From Bacteroidales bacterium (lineage in GTDB: Bacteria > Bacteroidota > Bacteroidia > Bacteroidales > UBA7960): a DNA stretch of 64,000 bases. Under the pieces are notes generated by a model. That model did not search any database, was not told the DNA's origin, and saw nothing but the letters and a program-made list of their open reading frames with translations. The stretch lies in assembly GCA_031323845.1 (NCBI GenBank), contig JAVIYP010000002.1, forward strand, positions 17,065-81,064, in the 5' to 3' direction. How positions within the stretch are numbered: the stretch's first letter is position 1; each line of letters opens with the position of its first letter. Of this stretch, positions 1 through 11,606 are shown in pieces. The position numbers and the translations under genes are program-made.

Positions 1-2
1 TA

Positions 3-227
3 TATGTCGAAACCAGGGGCCAGACTGCTCAAAAGGTTCAGGAACTATTAACAAAGTATGGTTGTTCGGTCAGAACAAGACTGGGGCTGCATACACCGGA
101 TACAAACTCCTGCAAAAACTGTGGTCTCATCCTGCTGGAACTTACAGGTAATCCCGATGAATGCCTGCGGCTTGAAAATGAACTTTGGGCTCTCGAGGGT
201 GTTAAAGTACAGAAAATGGTCTTTTAG
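3..227 (+). CDS. 3' end of a gene cut by the window edge; small ACT-like regulator resembling the TM1266-type iron-only hydrogenase system regulator family (tentative)
   Basis: Frame 3 is open from the edge to TAG at 225-227: YVETRGQTAQKVQELLTKYGCSVRTRLGLH...LWALEGVKVQKMVF. The pattern V.ELL..YG...R.G......I.L.L.G....L...L..L.GV.V is recalled from that family. It is absent from the ORF track because no start codon lies in the window. Confidence 0.4.
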   Translation, partial: YVETRGQTAQKVQELLTKYGCSVRTRLGLHTPDTNSCKNCGLILLELTGNPDECLRLENELWALEGVKVQKMVF

Positions 228-250
228 ATACGGTTAAATAAATAACGTTA

Positions 251-658
251 ATGGCGAAACTTGTAAATTTTTCCGAGGCGGCCTCCCTGGCATTGCATGC
301 CATGGTCATTATTGCTAAGTCCGACAATCACGTAAATGTAAACAGTATTGCAAACGAGATGGGTGCTTCCAAAAACCATCTTGCCAAAGTACTGCAGCAA
401 TTGGTGAAGCACAACTATCTTAAATCAGTCCGCGGTCCGAATGGAGGCTTTATCCTGAGTAAACCGGCCGATCAAATCAGCGTCCTGGAAATCTACGAGT
501 CCATAGAAGGCAAAATTGAAACACCTGAGTGCCCGCTTGACCGGCAAATATGCCCCTTTAATAAATGCCTCATGAGTGGCCTGGTGACCGATGTATTGTT
601 GCAATTCAAGAAATACTTCGGTGAACAGAGCCTGGAAGATTTTGTAACGCGCACTTGA
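251..658 (+). CDS. Rrf2 family transcriptional regulator
   Basis: 135 aa. N-terminal winged HTH typical of Rrf2/IscR/NsrR (SIANEMGASKNHLAKVLQQLVKHNYLKSVRGPNGGF). Three Cys at C94/C101/C106. Confidence 0.85.
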   Translation: MAKLVNFSEAASLALHAMVIIAKSDNHVNVNSIANEMGASKNHLAKVLQQLVKHNYLKSVRGPNGGFILSKPADQISVLEIYESIEGKIETPECPLDRQICPFNKCLMSGLVTDVLLQFKKYFGEQSLEDFVTRT

Positions 659-693
659 TACAATGCCTGGCTGCCGGTAATGAACCTGCCCCT

Positions 694-1518
694 ATGTATG
701 AATCTTTTTCAAATATTGATCAGATACTTATAGCCTTTGGCTTGACCTTATTCGCAGGTCTTTCAACCGGTATCGGCAGCGCCATTGCTTTTTTCACCAA
801 TCGAACCAGCACAAAATTCCTTTCCATTGCCCTGGGTTTCTCTGCAGGCGTCATGATCTATCTCTCTTTTGTTGAAATTTTCCCCAAAGCGCAGCAGATA
901 ATGCTTGCAGAAATGAACACACAGTCAAGTTATTTGCTGACGGTCGCAGCTTTTTTTTCGGGAATGCTTCTCATTGCCATTATCGACAGGATGGTACCGG
1001 CTTTTGAGAACCCTCATGAGCTGAAAAGGGTGGAGCAGATGGAGCATCCGGATCAAATAAAAAACAAAAAACTTTACAGGATGGGGGTCATGTCTGCTGT
1101 GGCCATTGCCATCCATAATTTTCCGGAGGGTTTGGCCACGTTTGTAGCAGCCATGCAGGATGTCAGACTTGGCCTCCCCATTGCCATAGCCATTGCCTTG
1201 CATAACATCCCCGAAGGCATTGCCATATCCGTACCCATTCACCAGGCTACCGGCAGCAGAAGAAAAGCCTTTAAATACTCCTTCCTCTCCGGTCTGGCAG
1301 AACCTTTGGGCGCAGTGTTCGGTTTTTTTATACTGATGCCTTTTATGAATGATATCGTTTTTGGATTTATGTTTGCCGCCGTTGCCGGAATTATGGTATT
1401 TATTTCCATAGATAACCTGCTGCCCGCAGCCCGCGAATACGGCGAGCCTCACCTAAGCCTGTATGGCCTGACTGCCGGAATGGCGGTAATGGCCGTGAGC
1501 CTTGTATTCTTTATGTGA
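694..1518 (+). CDS. zupT: ZIP family zinc/divalent metal transporter ZupT
   Basis: ZIP signatures HNFPEGLA and HNIPEGIA; multi-TM. The ORF-track start at 655 is a TTG overlapping the Rrf2 stop. The first in-frame ATG at 694 (MYESFSN) aligns with ZupT N-termini. Confidence 0.85.
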   Translation: MYESFSNIDQILIAFGLTLFAGLSTGIGSAIAFFTNRTSTKFLSIALGFSAGVMIYLSFVEIFPKAQQIMLAEMNTQSSYLLTVAAFFSGMLLIAIIDRMVPAFENPHELKRVEQMEHPDQIKNKKLYRMGVMSAVAIAIHNFPEGLATFVAAMQDVRLGLPIAIAIALHNIPEGIAISVPIHQATGSRRKAFKYSFLSGLAEPLGAVFGFFILMPFMNDIVFGFMFAAVAGIMVFISIDNLLPAAREYGEPHLSLYGLTAGMAVMAVSLVFFM

Positions 1519-1661
1519 TTTCCCTGAATGACCCGGCAAAAGCTGCCTTTGGCTGACTTCAACTATCATCCTGAAGCATTGTCAAGACGAACGTCTAATT
1601 GAGTTTAATGCTGCTCTCGTAATCACAGCCAATGTTAAGAAGTTCGTGTCTGTTGACCGTA

Positions 1662-2780
1662 TTATGGATACCTGACGATGAAACTGTCTATAAATCCCTG
1701 ATTTCTGAGGTTGTTGCGGAGAATCAGTGCCTCGTCCCGGGTATTGAGCTGCCCTATGATGATCTTATACAACCTCTGTCCGGTTTTTTCACATACCTCA
1801 ATAAATACAGGGTGCCCAAACCGGTACTGGTAATCCAATGCTGTTTCCTGTACTTTTCTGAATCTTGTATGTGTGGCAAGCTGAACACCAATGCCCCTTG
1901 GCTTATATGGTTGAAGATCAGTGTCATAAAACCCGGGCAACAGGTTTTTTAGCTTTGGAGTGTCCTCAACTTCTCTCTCAGCGTCTGTTACCGTCAACTT
2001 AAGCGAATCCGCGAGATCTAAAGGGATTCCGTTACTGATCAGAATTTCAGTTTCCAACGGAACAGAGGTGAGCATTTCCTCAGCTTTCTTCAGGTGATCC
2101 GCAGCTTCCTGTTCATCGCCGCTTTCCTGAAAGATCAGGCTCAAATAATATTGAATTACCGCATTGTCCCTGAATGTTTGTTCGGCAATCATAAGGTCAT
2201 CAACGGCTTGTTCTGCACTGCCTAGATAGTAAAAAGTCTTACCACGATACAAATGCACTTCAGCAAGCTTTGGCTTTAAGCGAAGACTTACGTCAAAATC
2301 CCTGAGTGCCTGATGATATTCTTCGAGATAATACAATACCCTGCCTCGCTGAAAGTAGCTGGCATATCCGGGATTGATGCGAACGGCTTCGTCCAGGTAG
2401 GGTAATGCCTTGTCATACCATCCCAGGTAAGTTTTGGTCAACCCGATTAAATAGCGGCTTTGTTTATGAAGCTGATGGTCGAGATCATCGGCCTGTAAAA
2501 AATCCTCCAGGGCTTCAGGATACTTTGCCAGTTCCAGCCGGGCCAGTCCCCTGTAAAGGTAAGCTTCTGCATAGAGGGAGTCCAGATCAAGAGCTAAGGT
2601 AAACAGAGACTCTGCCTCCGAAAAATTATTCAATACCCCTTTTCTGACACCTTCCGTAAACAGCTGCCTTACCTGACGGGCATCTGCTGATGCGGGCTGA
2701 GCATGCGCTATCAGACAGCAAAGCAGGAACAGCCCTGAAAGAAGAGCCCTTGTATTTTTTATGGAACGGGTAAACCTCAT
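1662..2780 (-). CDS. TPR repeat protein with C-terminal SPOR (peptidoglycan-binding) domain, secreted
   Basis: Signal peptide (LLCCLIAHAQ), several TPR-like helix pairs, and a C-terminal SPOR-like segment YKIIIGQLNTRDEALILRNNLRNQGFIDSFIV. Confidence 0.7.
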   Translation of the reverse strand: MRFTRSIKNTRALLSGLFLLCCLIAHAQPASADARQVRQLFTEGVRKGVLNNFSEAESLFTLALDLDSLYAEAYLYRGLARLELAKYPEALEDFLQADDLDHQLHKQSRYLIGLTKTYLGWYDKALPYLDEAVRINPGYASYFQRGRVLYYLEEYHQALRDFDVSLRLKPKLAEVHLYRGKTFYYLGSAEQAVDDLMIAEQTFRDNAVIQYYLSLIFQESGDEQEAADHLKKAEEMLTSVPLETEILISNGIPLDLADSLKLTVTDAEREVEDTPKLKNLLPGFYDTDLQPYKPRGIGVQLATHTRFRKVQETALDYQYRFGHPVFIEVCEKTGQRLYKIIIGQLNTRDEALILRNNLRNQGFIDSFIVRYP

Positions 2781-2817
2781 CGCTTATCCATCATATTAAT
2801 CTCTGCCGGATAACAAC

Positions 2818-3690
2818 TTACTGATTTTTTACGTATTTCGACACATAGTCCGCTGCTTTCCTGCTAAGAAGGCTAAGCAAAACGGATGCCATTTTGTTGT
2901 TGTATTTCCTGTTGTTAAACTCTTTTACCCATCGTATTCCCTGAACAGCATTGCTCAGGAAGACTTCTTCGGCTTTTTCGAGATCAGCGGGAGAAATCCT
3001 GTCTTCAATGATGTCCATTCCGTTTTCATGCATGATCTCAATGATAACGGCCCGCATTATACCTTCCACACATCCCTGGTTGAGTGAAGGTGTTCTGAAC
3101 ACACCGTTCTGGAAGATAAAGACATTAGAGGCGGTTGCCTCTGCGATCATACCTTCCTGGTTCAGCAGCAGGGCATCTCCAAAACCCAGGTTTCTCTTGT
3201 ACAGGCTTGCCAGCACATAGAGTTGCGCATTAATGCTTTTTGTCTGTGACAATTTATTCTGATGCTTCCGGATTTCATCGTAAAGAGTTAGGGTAATGCC
3301 TTTGTTGTTCAAAACAAAGGTTCCGGTTTCCAGGGCTTCTGATTCAATGAGCAGTGAGGCCTGGTTTGAATAGGGGGTATAGTAACCACCCTCATCCCGG
3401 AAGAGGGTGCACCTGATCCGTGCTGCACCGCCTTCCTTATGGTTTTCTCTGTACAACGCATTAACCTGGTCCTTAAACAATTCAACAGACCAGCCGGTGC
3501 CGGGGTTCATCTGCAATACCGAAGCTCCTTGCGTCAGACGGCGGTAGTGGTGTTCTGCCCATAACATAACACTGTCATGGACCCTGATTGTTTCAAAAAG
3601 CCCATCACCATAACGGAATGCCCTGTTGGAGGCTGAAAGACAAAACTTATCCCGGTGAATAAGGTTGCCGTTATATGAGAGCATAACCAT
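2818..3690 (-). CDS. Aminotransferase class IV (aminodeoxychorismate lyase / PabC-like)
   Basis: 290 aa. Fold-type IV PLP enzyme pattern (FRYGDGLFET; EATASNVF; GCVEGIMR). Confidence 0.7.
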   Translation of the reverse strand: MVMLSYNGNLIHRDKFCLSASNRAFRYGDGLFETIRVHDSVMLWAEHHYRRLTQGASVLQMNPGTGWSVELFKDQVNALYRENHKEGGAARIRCTLFRDEGGYYTPYSNQASLLIESEALETGTFVLNNKGITLTLYDEIRKHQNKLSQTKSINAQLYVLASLYKRNLGFGDALLLNQEGMIAEATASNVFIFQNGVFRTPSLNQGCVEGIMRAVIIEIMHENGMDIIEDRISPADLEKAEEVFLSNAVQGIRWVKEFNNRKYNNKMASVLLSLLSRKAADYVSKYVKNQ

Positions 3691-5295
3691 CTAAAACAAT
3701 AAACTCATCTGTTCAAAAGTATCACCTTCAATAAGCTCAATGGCTTTCAGATAAGCATCATCAAGCTGCATAAAAACCTGTGTAAATGCCGAAAAATCGA
3801 ATAAATTACGAGCAATTAGTGCTTTTAGCTGGTTTTTGAGCACCAAAAGACTTTCTTCGGTTTCCTCTTCAGGATACAGATCGTGGGCGGCAGCGTAATC
3901 GTAGAGTTTTTGCAGCAATGCATCATCCACGTTGAAGGCTGCAAGGAAGTGGTCAACATCAGGATATTCCTGTGCCAGCGTTGTCCGGTTGCGGTTGGTA
4001 TATTCTATGCCAAAGTTGTTCAGGATGCCTCTTCGCTGCATTCGTGCAAAAAAATCGGAAACTCTGTTGGTGTCAAGCGGGATAAAGAAGTCCGGCATGA
4101 TACCACCGCCACCAAAAACGGCTCTCTTGTTGTTTTTGGTATAAAATTTAAGAGAATCCGGAAAGCTTATCACATCCGGGTTAACCAGTTCACCTGATGA
4201 CAGTCTTTCGGCAAGATCCCTGTAATATTTTTCTGCTCCTTCGTCGTAAGGTTTCTGGATGTTTCTGCCTGTAGGTGTGTGATAAGCGGCTGTTGTCAGC
4301 CGTATGGCAGAACCGTCGGGGAGTTCAAAGGGACGTTGTACCAGACCTTTTCCAAATGTACGCCTGCCAACCAACAGACCTCTGTCCCAGTCCTGTACGG
4401 CACCGGCCACGATCTCACTGGCAGAGGCACTGCCCTCATTGATGAGCACTACCAGCTTTCCTGTTTTGAACGTACCGCGGAAGGTACTTTTGAATTCCTG
4501 CCGGGGCGCCGCATGGCCCTCAGTGTACACGATCATTTTGTCCCGGTCAAGAAACTGGTCTGCCAGATCAATGGCTACATCGAGATAGCCTCCGGAATTA
4601 TAGTTCAGGTCGAGGATAAGGTGTTGCATTCCCTGGCTCCTGAGGTCTCTCATTGCTTCCTGGAACTCCCGCATGGTGGTCCTGGAAAAACGGTTCAATT
4701 TGATATAACCGATTTCCGGAGTAGCCATAAAAGCAGCATCCAGTGAATGTATGGGTATACGGTCGCGCGTTATGGTAAAATCAAGCAGATTTTTTGATCC
4801 GGCACGAAAGATACTCACTTCAACCTGTGAGCCTCTTTCACCCCGGAGCCTGTCCTGTACGTACTGATTGGTTATCTGGCTCCCATGCGATACTTCTCCG
4901 TCAATCTTGACGATCTTATCGCCCGGCATTAATCCCACCTTTTCTGATGGCCCGCCCGGTATTGGACTGACAACAATAATGGTGTCGTTGATGAGGTTAA
5001 ATTGTATGCCAATGCCTTCGAAGCTCCCTTCAAGGGGCTCGTTGGCCCTCCGCAACTCGTCAGCCGAAAGATACACACTGTGCGGATCCAGCGCTTTGAG
5101 CATTCCTCGAATGGCATCTTCAACCAGCGTTTCATCGTCAAGTTCTTCTATATAGGCAAATTCAATGAACTGGAGTGCCCTTTGCAATTTCTCCATTTGA
5201 CTCTGACGCACTTGTGCATGCCCCACATCAGGCATGATAAAACATGCCGCAACCAAAAATGCAATCCAAAATTTTAACATAGCAAGAATTCTCAT
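3691..5295 (-). CDS. S41 family carboxyl-terminal processing peptidase
   Basis: PDZ segment (GGPSEKVGLMPGDKIVKIDG) plus S41 catalytic region (LINEGSASASEIVAGA; FGKGLVQ). The signal peptide begins at the internal Met (MRILAMLKFWIAFLVAAC), so the start is moved from 5346 to 5295. Confidence 0.85.
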   Translation of the reverse strand: MRILAMLKFWIAFLVAACFIMPDVGHAQVRQSQMEKLQRALQFIEFAYIEELDDETLVEDAIRGMLKALDPHSVYLSADELRRANEPLEGSFEGIGIQFNLINDTIIVVSPIPGGPSEKVGLMPGDKIVKIDGEVSHGSQITNQYVQDRLRGERGSQVEVSIFRAGSKNLLDFTITRDRIPIHSLDAAFMATPEIGYIKLNRFSRTTMREFQEAMRDLRSQGMQHLILDLNYNSGGYLDVAIDLADQFLDRDKMIVYTEGHAAPRQEFKSTFRGTFKTGKLVVLINEGSASASEIVAGAVQDWDRGLLVGRRTFGKGLVQRPFELPDGSAIRLTTAAYHTPTGRNIQKPYDEGAEKYYRDLAERLSSGELVNPDVISFPDSLKFYTKNNKRAVFGGGGIMPDFFIPLDTNRVSDFFARMQRRGILNNFGIEYTNRNRTTLAQEYPDVDHFLAAFNVDDALLQKLYDYAAAHDLYPEEETEESLLVLKNQLKALIARNLFDFSAFTQVFMQLDDAYLKAIELIEGDTFEQMSLLF

Positions 5296-5445
5296 CAGAT
5301 CCGGTAAATAAACGTTAACAAAAAACATGTAATCAGCAACAGTCAATCCTTGAACCTTGATCCCTGTTTACCCTGTAATCACAAAAATAGTGCCTTATGC
5401 AGCACGCTGCCGGGATATCATACAAAGATAATAAAAAAATGCGGG

Positions 5446-5877
5446 CTAAGCCTCTCTGTCCATTTCTCTTTGCTGGTCTTTCTGCTTCAGGGTGTCTCTT
5501 TTGTCGTAGAGCTTTTTTCCTTTGGCCAGGGCGATCTCCAGTTTTGCCAGACCTTTTTCATTAATAAACAGTCTTGTGGGTACCAGCGTAAAACCTTTCT
5601 CATCAAGTTTGCCTTTTAACTTGCGAAGTTCCCGGGCTGTAAGTAGTATTTTCCGGTCTCGCTTTGGCTCATGGTTGTTGTAGGTTCCATACACATAAGC
5701 AGCGATATGCATGTTTCTTACATAGAGTTCATTACCTGTGAAGGAGCAATAAGACTCCTTTAGGCTGGCTTTTCCGGCCCGGATCGACTTGATTTCGGTA
5801 CCCGTGAGCACCAGGCCTGCAGAAAAAACCTCCAGCAGAAAATACTCAAACGCGGCTTTTTTATTCTTAATTTCCAT
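5446..5877 (-). CDS. smpB: SsrA-binding protein SmpB
   Basis: EIKNKKAAFEYFL...GTEIKSIR...LLLHKRE-like core. Full-length SmpB from the Met at 5877. Confidence 0.9.
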   Translation of the reverse strand: MEIKNKKAAFEYFLLEVFSAGLVLTGTEIKSIRAGKASLKESYCSFTGNELYVRNMHIAAYVYGTYNNHEPKRDRKILLTARELRKLKGKLDEKGFTLVPTRLFINEKGLAKLEIALAKGKKLYDKRDTLKQKDQQREMDREA

Positions 5878-5923
5878 GTTACCAGCCCTTAACCAGTGCA
5901 CATCAGTGTGCTGTGAGCACCTG

Positions 5924-5931
5924 CAAAGATA
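5924..5931 (-). promoter_or_regulatory. Bacteroidetes-type -7 promoter box (TATCTTTG) upstream of smpB
   Basis: Perfect TAnnTTTG on the minus strand, 47 nt upstream of the smpB ATG. Confidence 0.4.
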
Positions 5932-6014
5932 GAAAAAACAAGGCGTTTCCTCATAATTAATCCCTTCATTAAACTTATCAGGGAAATAAATGTTGCACTA
6001 TTTGTAAAAAAATA

Positions 6015-6022
6015 TACTTTTG
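6015..6022 (+). promoter_or_regulatory. -7 promoter box (TACTTTTG) upstream of the DUF2795 gene
   Basis: Perfect TAnnTTTG, 25 nt upstream of the ATG at 6047. It overlaps the TTG start proposed by the ORF track, which argues for the ATG. Confidence 0.45.
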
Positions 6023-6046
6023 CAAAAAAATAAAACCATTACGCAT

Positions 6047-6268
6047 ATGTATTGGACCTTAGAACTTGCATCCAAACTGGAAGACGCGCCCTGGCCCGCC
6101 ACAAAGGAAGAGCTTATTGATTACGCCCTTCGTTCGGGAGCGCCGATGGAAGTCATTGAAAACCTTCAGGAGATTGAAGACGAAGGGGATGTTTATGAAA
6201 GCATTGAGGACATCTGGCCGGACTATCCGACCAAAGACGACTTTTTCTTTCACGAAGATGAATATTGA
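6047..6268 (+). CDS. DUF2795 domain-containing small protein
   Basis: YWTLELASKLEDAPWPATKEELIDYALRSGAPMEVIENLQEI matches the DUF2795 pattern (WPATK..L...A...GAP..V...L). Confidence 0.7.
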   Translation: MYWTLELASKLEDAPWPATKEELIDYALRSGAPMEVIENLQEIEDEGDVYESIEDIWPDYPTKDDFFFHEDEY

Positions 6269-6292
6269 CGATCTCCTGACCCCACTGCATAC

Positions 6293-6318
6293 AAAACCGG
6301 CTGATGGCCGGTTTTTTT
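6293..6318 (+). terminator. Rho-independent terminator after the DUF2795 gene
   Basis: aaaaCCGGC-tgatg-GCCGGttttttt: GC stem with A/T extension followed by a T7 run. Confidence 0.7.
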
Positions 6319-6371
6319 GTGGTCTGGGGAATTCCTGCACAGGCCATAACTCCATTGTCAGCATATTTGAT

Positions 6372-6379
6372 TAACTTTG
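6372..6379 (+). promoter_or_regulatory. -7 promoter box (TAACTTTG) upstream of secA
   Basis: Perfect TAnnTTTG, 23 nt upstream of the secA ATG. Confidence 0.45.
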
Positions 6380-6401
6380 TGTCCCTAAAAAGTAAGGCAT
6401 C

Positions 6402-9686
<3,285 letters not shown>

Positions 9687-9703
9687 TCCATAAACATCAG
9701 ACT

Positions 9704-10111
9704 ATGTTTACTTATGAAACTCAATTGCGCGTAAGGTACGCGGAAACCGATCAGATGGGTTTTGTCTATTATGGCAACTACCCGCAGTATTATGAAGTAG
9801 GCAGGGCAGATGCCATGCGACAACTCGGAACTACTTATAAGGATATGGAAGAAAGAGGCGTTGTAATGCCCATCGTGGATATGCACATCAAGTATATCCG
9901 CCCTGCACGCTATGATGATCTGTTAACCATCCGGACCACAGTTCCGGAACTGCCGCGTTCGCGCATGCATTTTGATTATGAAGTGTATAATCAGGAGGGT
10001 GTTTTGCTGAACAAAGGTTATACCGTTCTGGCCTTTTTGAATAAATCGAACGGAAAACCTTGTCCGGCGCCTGACTGGTTCCTTGAAAGGTTGCAGGCAG
10101 TCCGGGGTTAA
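9704..10111 (+). CDS. Acyl-CoA thioesterase, 4HBT/YbgC family
   Basis: RVRYAETDQMGFVYYGNY hotdog-fold signature. The start is moved to the ATG at 9704, because the ORF-track start at 9629 lies inside secA. Confidence 0.8.
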   Translation: MFTYETQLRVRYAETDQMGFVYYGNYPQYYEVGRADAMRQLGTTYKDMEERGVVMPIVDMHIKYIRPARYDDLLTIRTTVPELPRSRMHFDYEVYNQEGVLLNKGYTVLAFLNKSNGKPCPAPDWFLERLQAVRG

Positions 10112-10186
10112 TCTTTTTCCTGGGATCGCCACAGATCCCGGACGTATGTTGTTCAATCAATTTTATGTTAATAATACAATACCGTT

Positions 10187-10579
10187 ATGCGAAATATGAA
10201 AATTATTCTTGGTGAGAATCAGCGTGTTGATGCGCTTTATAAGGGCTTTACCATAAAAACTGACCAGCCGGTCAAAGCCGGAGGCGACGAAACTGCTCCT
10301 TCGCCCTTTGATCTGTTTTTAGCCTCCATTGGCACTTGTGCCGGTTATTATGTGCAGGCCTTTTGCAGACAAAGAAAAATCTCTACCGAAGGTATTTCCC
10401 TCGAACAGGTGATGCATGTTGATGAAAATACCAGGATGATAGGAGAAATAGAGATAAAGATATACCTGCCAGAGGGTTTCCCTGAAGCCTATAAAGCTTC
10501 CGTGGTGAAAGCCGCTGAAGCCTGTGCCGTGAAAAAACACATCAGTATGGCCCCGGAATTTGTTGTCCGCATTGGATAA
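10187..10579 (+). CDS. OsmC family protein
   Basis: 130 aa. OsmC/Ohr-like pattern (APSPFDLFLASIGTCAG; AEACAVKKH). Confidence 0.75.
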   Translation: MRNMKIILGENQRVDALYKGFTIKTDQPVKAGGDETAPSPFDLFLASIGTCAGYYVQAFCRQRKISTEGISLEQVMHVDENTRMIGEIEIKIYLPEGFPEAYKASVVKAAEACAVKKHISMAPEFVVRIG

Positions 10580-10720
10580 CAACAGCGCTGTCTTGTCCTG
10601 AAATAGGTTTACACATTTTGTAAACAAAAATCAGGATTATGAGATACAAATTAAACATGTTAACAGATGATGAAAAACTGGCAGCTGTTCTTGCTAAAAG
10701 CCAAAGGCCAAAAGTAGATT

Positions 10721-10787
10721 AAGTGAAAAATGAAAAGAGAAAAGTGAAGAAAAAGGGAAAAGTGAAGAAAAAGGGAAAAGTGAAGAA
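10721..10787 (+). repeat. Purine-rich tandem repeat, 18-nt unit AAAGTGAAGAAAAAGGGA x2.6 preceded by a degenerate copy
   Basis: Units at 10741-10758 and 10759-10776 are identical, with a partial third at 10777-10787. The GTGAAGA core is the complement of the TCTTCAC core of the next array. Confidence 0.9.
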
Positions 10788-10805
10788 TATCTGTAATATG
10801 GCAAA

Positions 10806-10866
10806 TCTTCACATTTGCACATCTTCACATCTTCACATTTGCACATCTGACCTCTGACCTCTGACA
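10806..10866 (+). repeat. 8-nt/7-nt period array: CTTCACAT TTGCACAT CTTCACAT CTTCACAT TTGCACAT CTGACCT CTGACCT CTGACAT
   Basis: Read directly from the sequence. Positions 10823-10848 are identical to 11511-11536. Confidence 0.9.
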
Positions 10867-10919
10867 TCCAATCAGCATCTTAGACATAAACACAAAACAC
10901 AGACGATTAACCACATACG

Positions 10920-10927
10920 CAAATATA
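10920..10927 (-). promoter_or_regulatory. Minus-oriented perfect -7 box (TATATTTG) located 5 nt upstream of the plus-strand ATG at 10933
   Basis: CAAATATA on the plus strand, lying within a 40-nt block that is 78% identical to 11562-11601. It points into the repeat array. Confidence 0.35.
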
Positions 10928-10932
10928 AACAG

Positions 10933-11289
10933 ATGAAAACACTGGTTTTAGGTGCAAGCCCCAATCCTATGCGGTACTCACACAAAGCTGTTAAACAGCT
11001 CAGGGCTCATAACATAGAAGTAGTCGCTATCGGGAAAAGGGAAACAACCATCGAAGACGTACCGGTGATTACAGGTAAACCGCAGATAGAGCAGTTACAT
11101 ACGGTAACCTTATATTTGAACGCTTCGAACCAGGAAGAATACCTGGATTATATTATTTCACAAAAACCCAAACGTATTATTTTCAATCCGGGAACCTATA
11201 ATTTTAAACTGGAAGAGCTTGCAGAGCGAGAAGGGATTACCACCGTATCGGATTGCACCCTGATCATGCTCGCATCGGATGACTATTAA
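10933..11289 (+). CDS. CoA-binding domain protein (YccU-like)
   Basis: 118 aa. MKTLVLGASPNPMRYSHKAVKQL...VVAIG is typical of small CoA_binding_2 proteins. Confidence 0.75.
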   Translation: MKTLVLGASPNPMRYSHKAVKQLRAHNIEVVAIGKRETTIEDVPVITGKPQIEQLHTVTLYLNASNQEEYLDYIISQKPKRIIFNPGTYNFKLEELAEREGITTVSDCTLIMLASDDY

Positions 11290-11493
11290 CCTGGTTTTTA
11301 AATGCATTGCGGTGAAATGCCCTTGTAGAAGATCACGGTTATCCGGAAATGGAGATGATGACATACAAGATAATAATTGTGGTAGCTCGAAGGAAATAAA
11401 AAGAGAAACATGGCTGTTAGCTCTTGGCAGAACGCTTTAAAAATTAAACAAATAAACACATCAACAATAAACAATTTAACAACACTTTAAAAT

Positions 11494-11541
11494 CAGACAT
11501 CTGCACATTTTTCACATCTTCACATTTGCACATCTGCACAT
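11494..11541 (+). repeat. Second copy of the YTKCACAT array: CAGACAT CTGCACAT TTTTCACAT CTTCACAT TTGCACAT CTGCACAT
   Basis: Read directly. It shares a 26-nt perfect core (TTCACATCTTCACATTTGCACATCTG) with 10823-10848. Confidence 0.9.
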
Positions 11542-11593
11542 CTGTTCGGTAACTGAAGTGAAAATTCAAAACGCAGGCAATCAATTACATATG

Positions 11594-11601
11594 CAAATAT
11601 A
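11594..11601 (-). promoter_or_regulatory. Minus-oriented perfect -7 box (TATATTTG) located 5 nt upstream of the plus-strand ATG at 11607
   Basis: Same geometry and same surrounding sequence (CATAYGCAAATATAAAC) as at 10920-10927. Confidence 0.35.
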
Positions 11602-11606
11602 AACCA

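Noticed and set aside
1632-1952. 106-aa plus-strand ORF at the 3' end of the TPR/SPOR gene region.
   Set aside because: It lies almost entirely inside the minus-strand TPR/SPOR gene (only its first 30 nt fall outside), which has clear domain signals. It has no motif or promoter of its own.
10607-10625. Palindrome GTTTACA-cattt-TGTAAAC after the OsmC gene, considered as a terminator.
   Set aside because: It is an AT-rich 7-bp stem followed by an A-run rather than a T-run on the plus strand, so it is not a convincing intrinsic terminator. It is kept only as a possible protein-binding palindrome.
10723-10857. Plus-strand GTG-initiated 44-codon ORF through the repeat arrays (VKNEKRKVKKKGKVKKKGKVKNICNMANLHICTSSHLHICTSDL). 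It directly follows a 27-codon ORF (10639-10722). The LHICTS repeats looked RiPP-like.
   Set aside because: In the paralogous locus the same frame (…SHLHICTSAHLFGN*) is preceded by a stop at 11488-11490 with no start codon, so the plus-strand reading frame is not conserved. The repeats are better explained at the DNA/RNA level.
10741-10866. Possible CRISPR or mini-CRISPR because of the short direct repeats.
   Set aside because: The units are 7-18 nt and directly abutting with no unique spacers. No cas genes are present, and the repeat length is far below CRISPR repeats.
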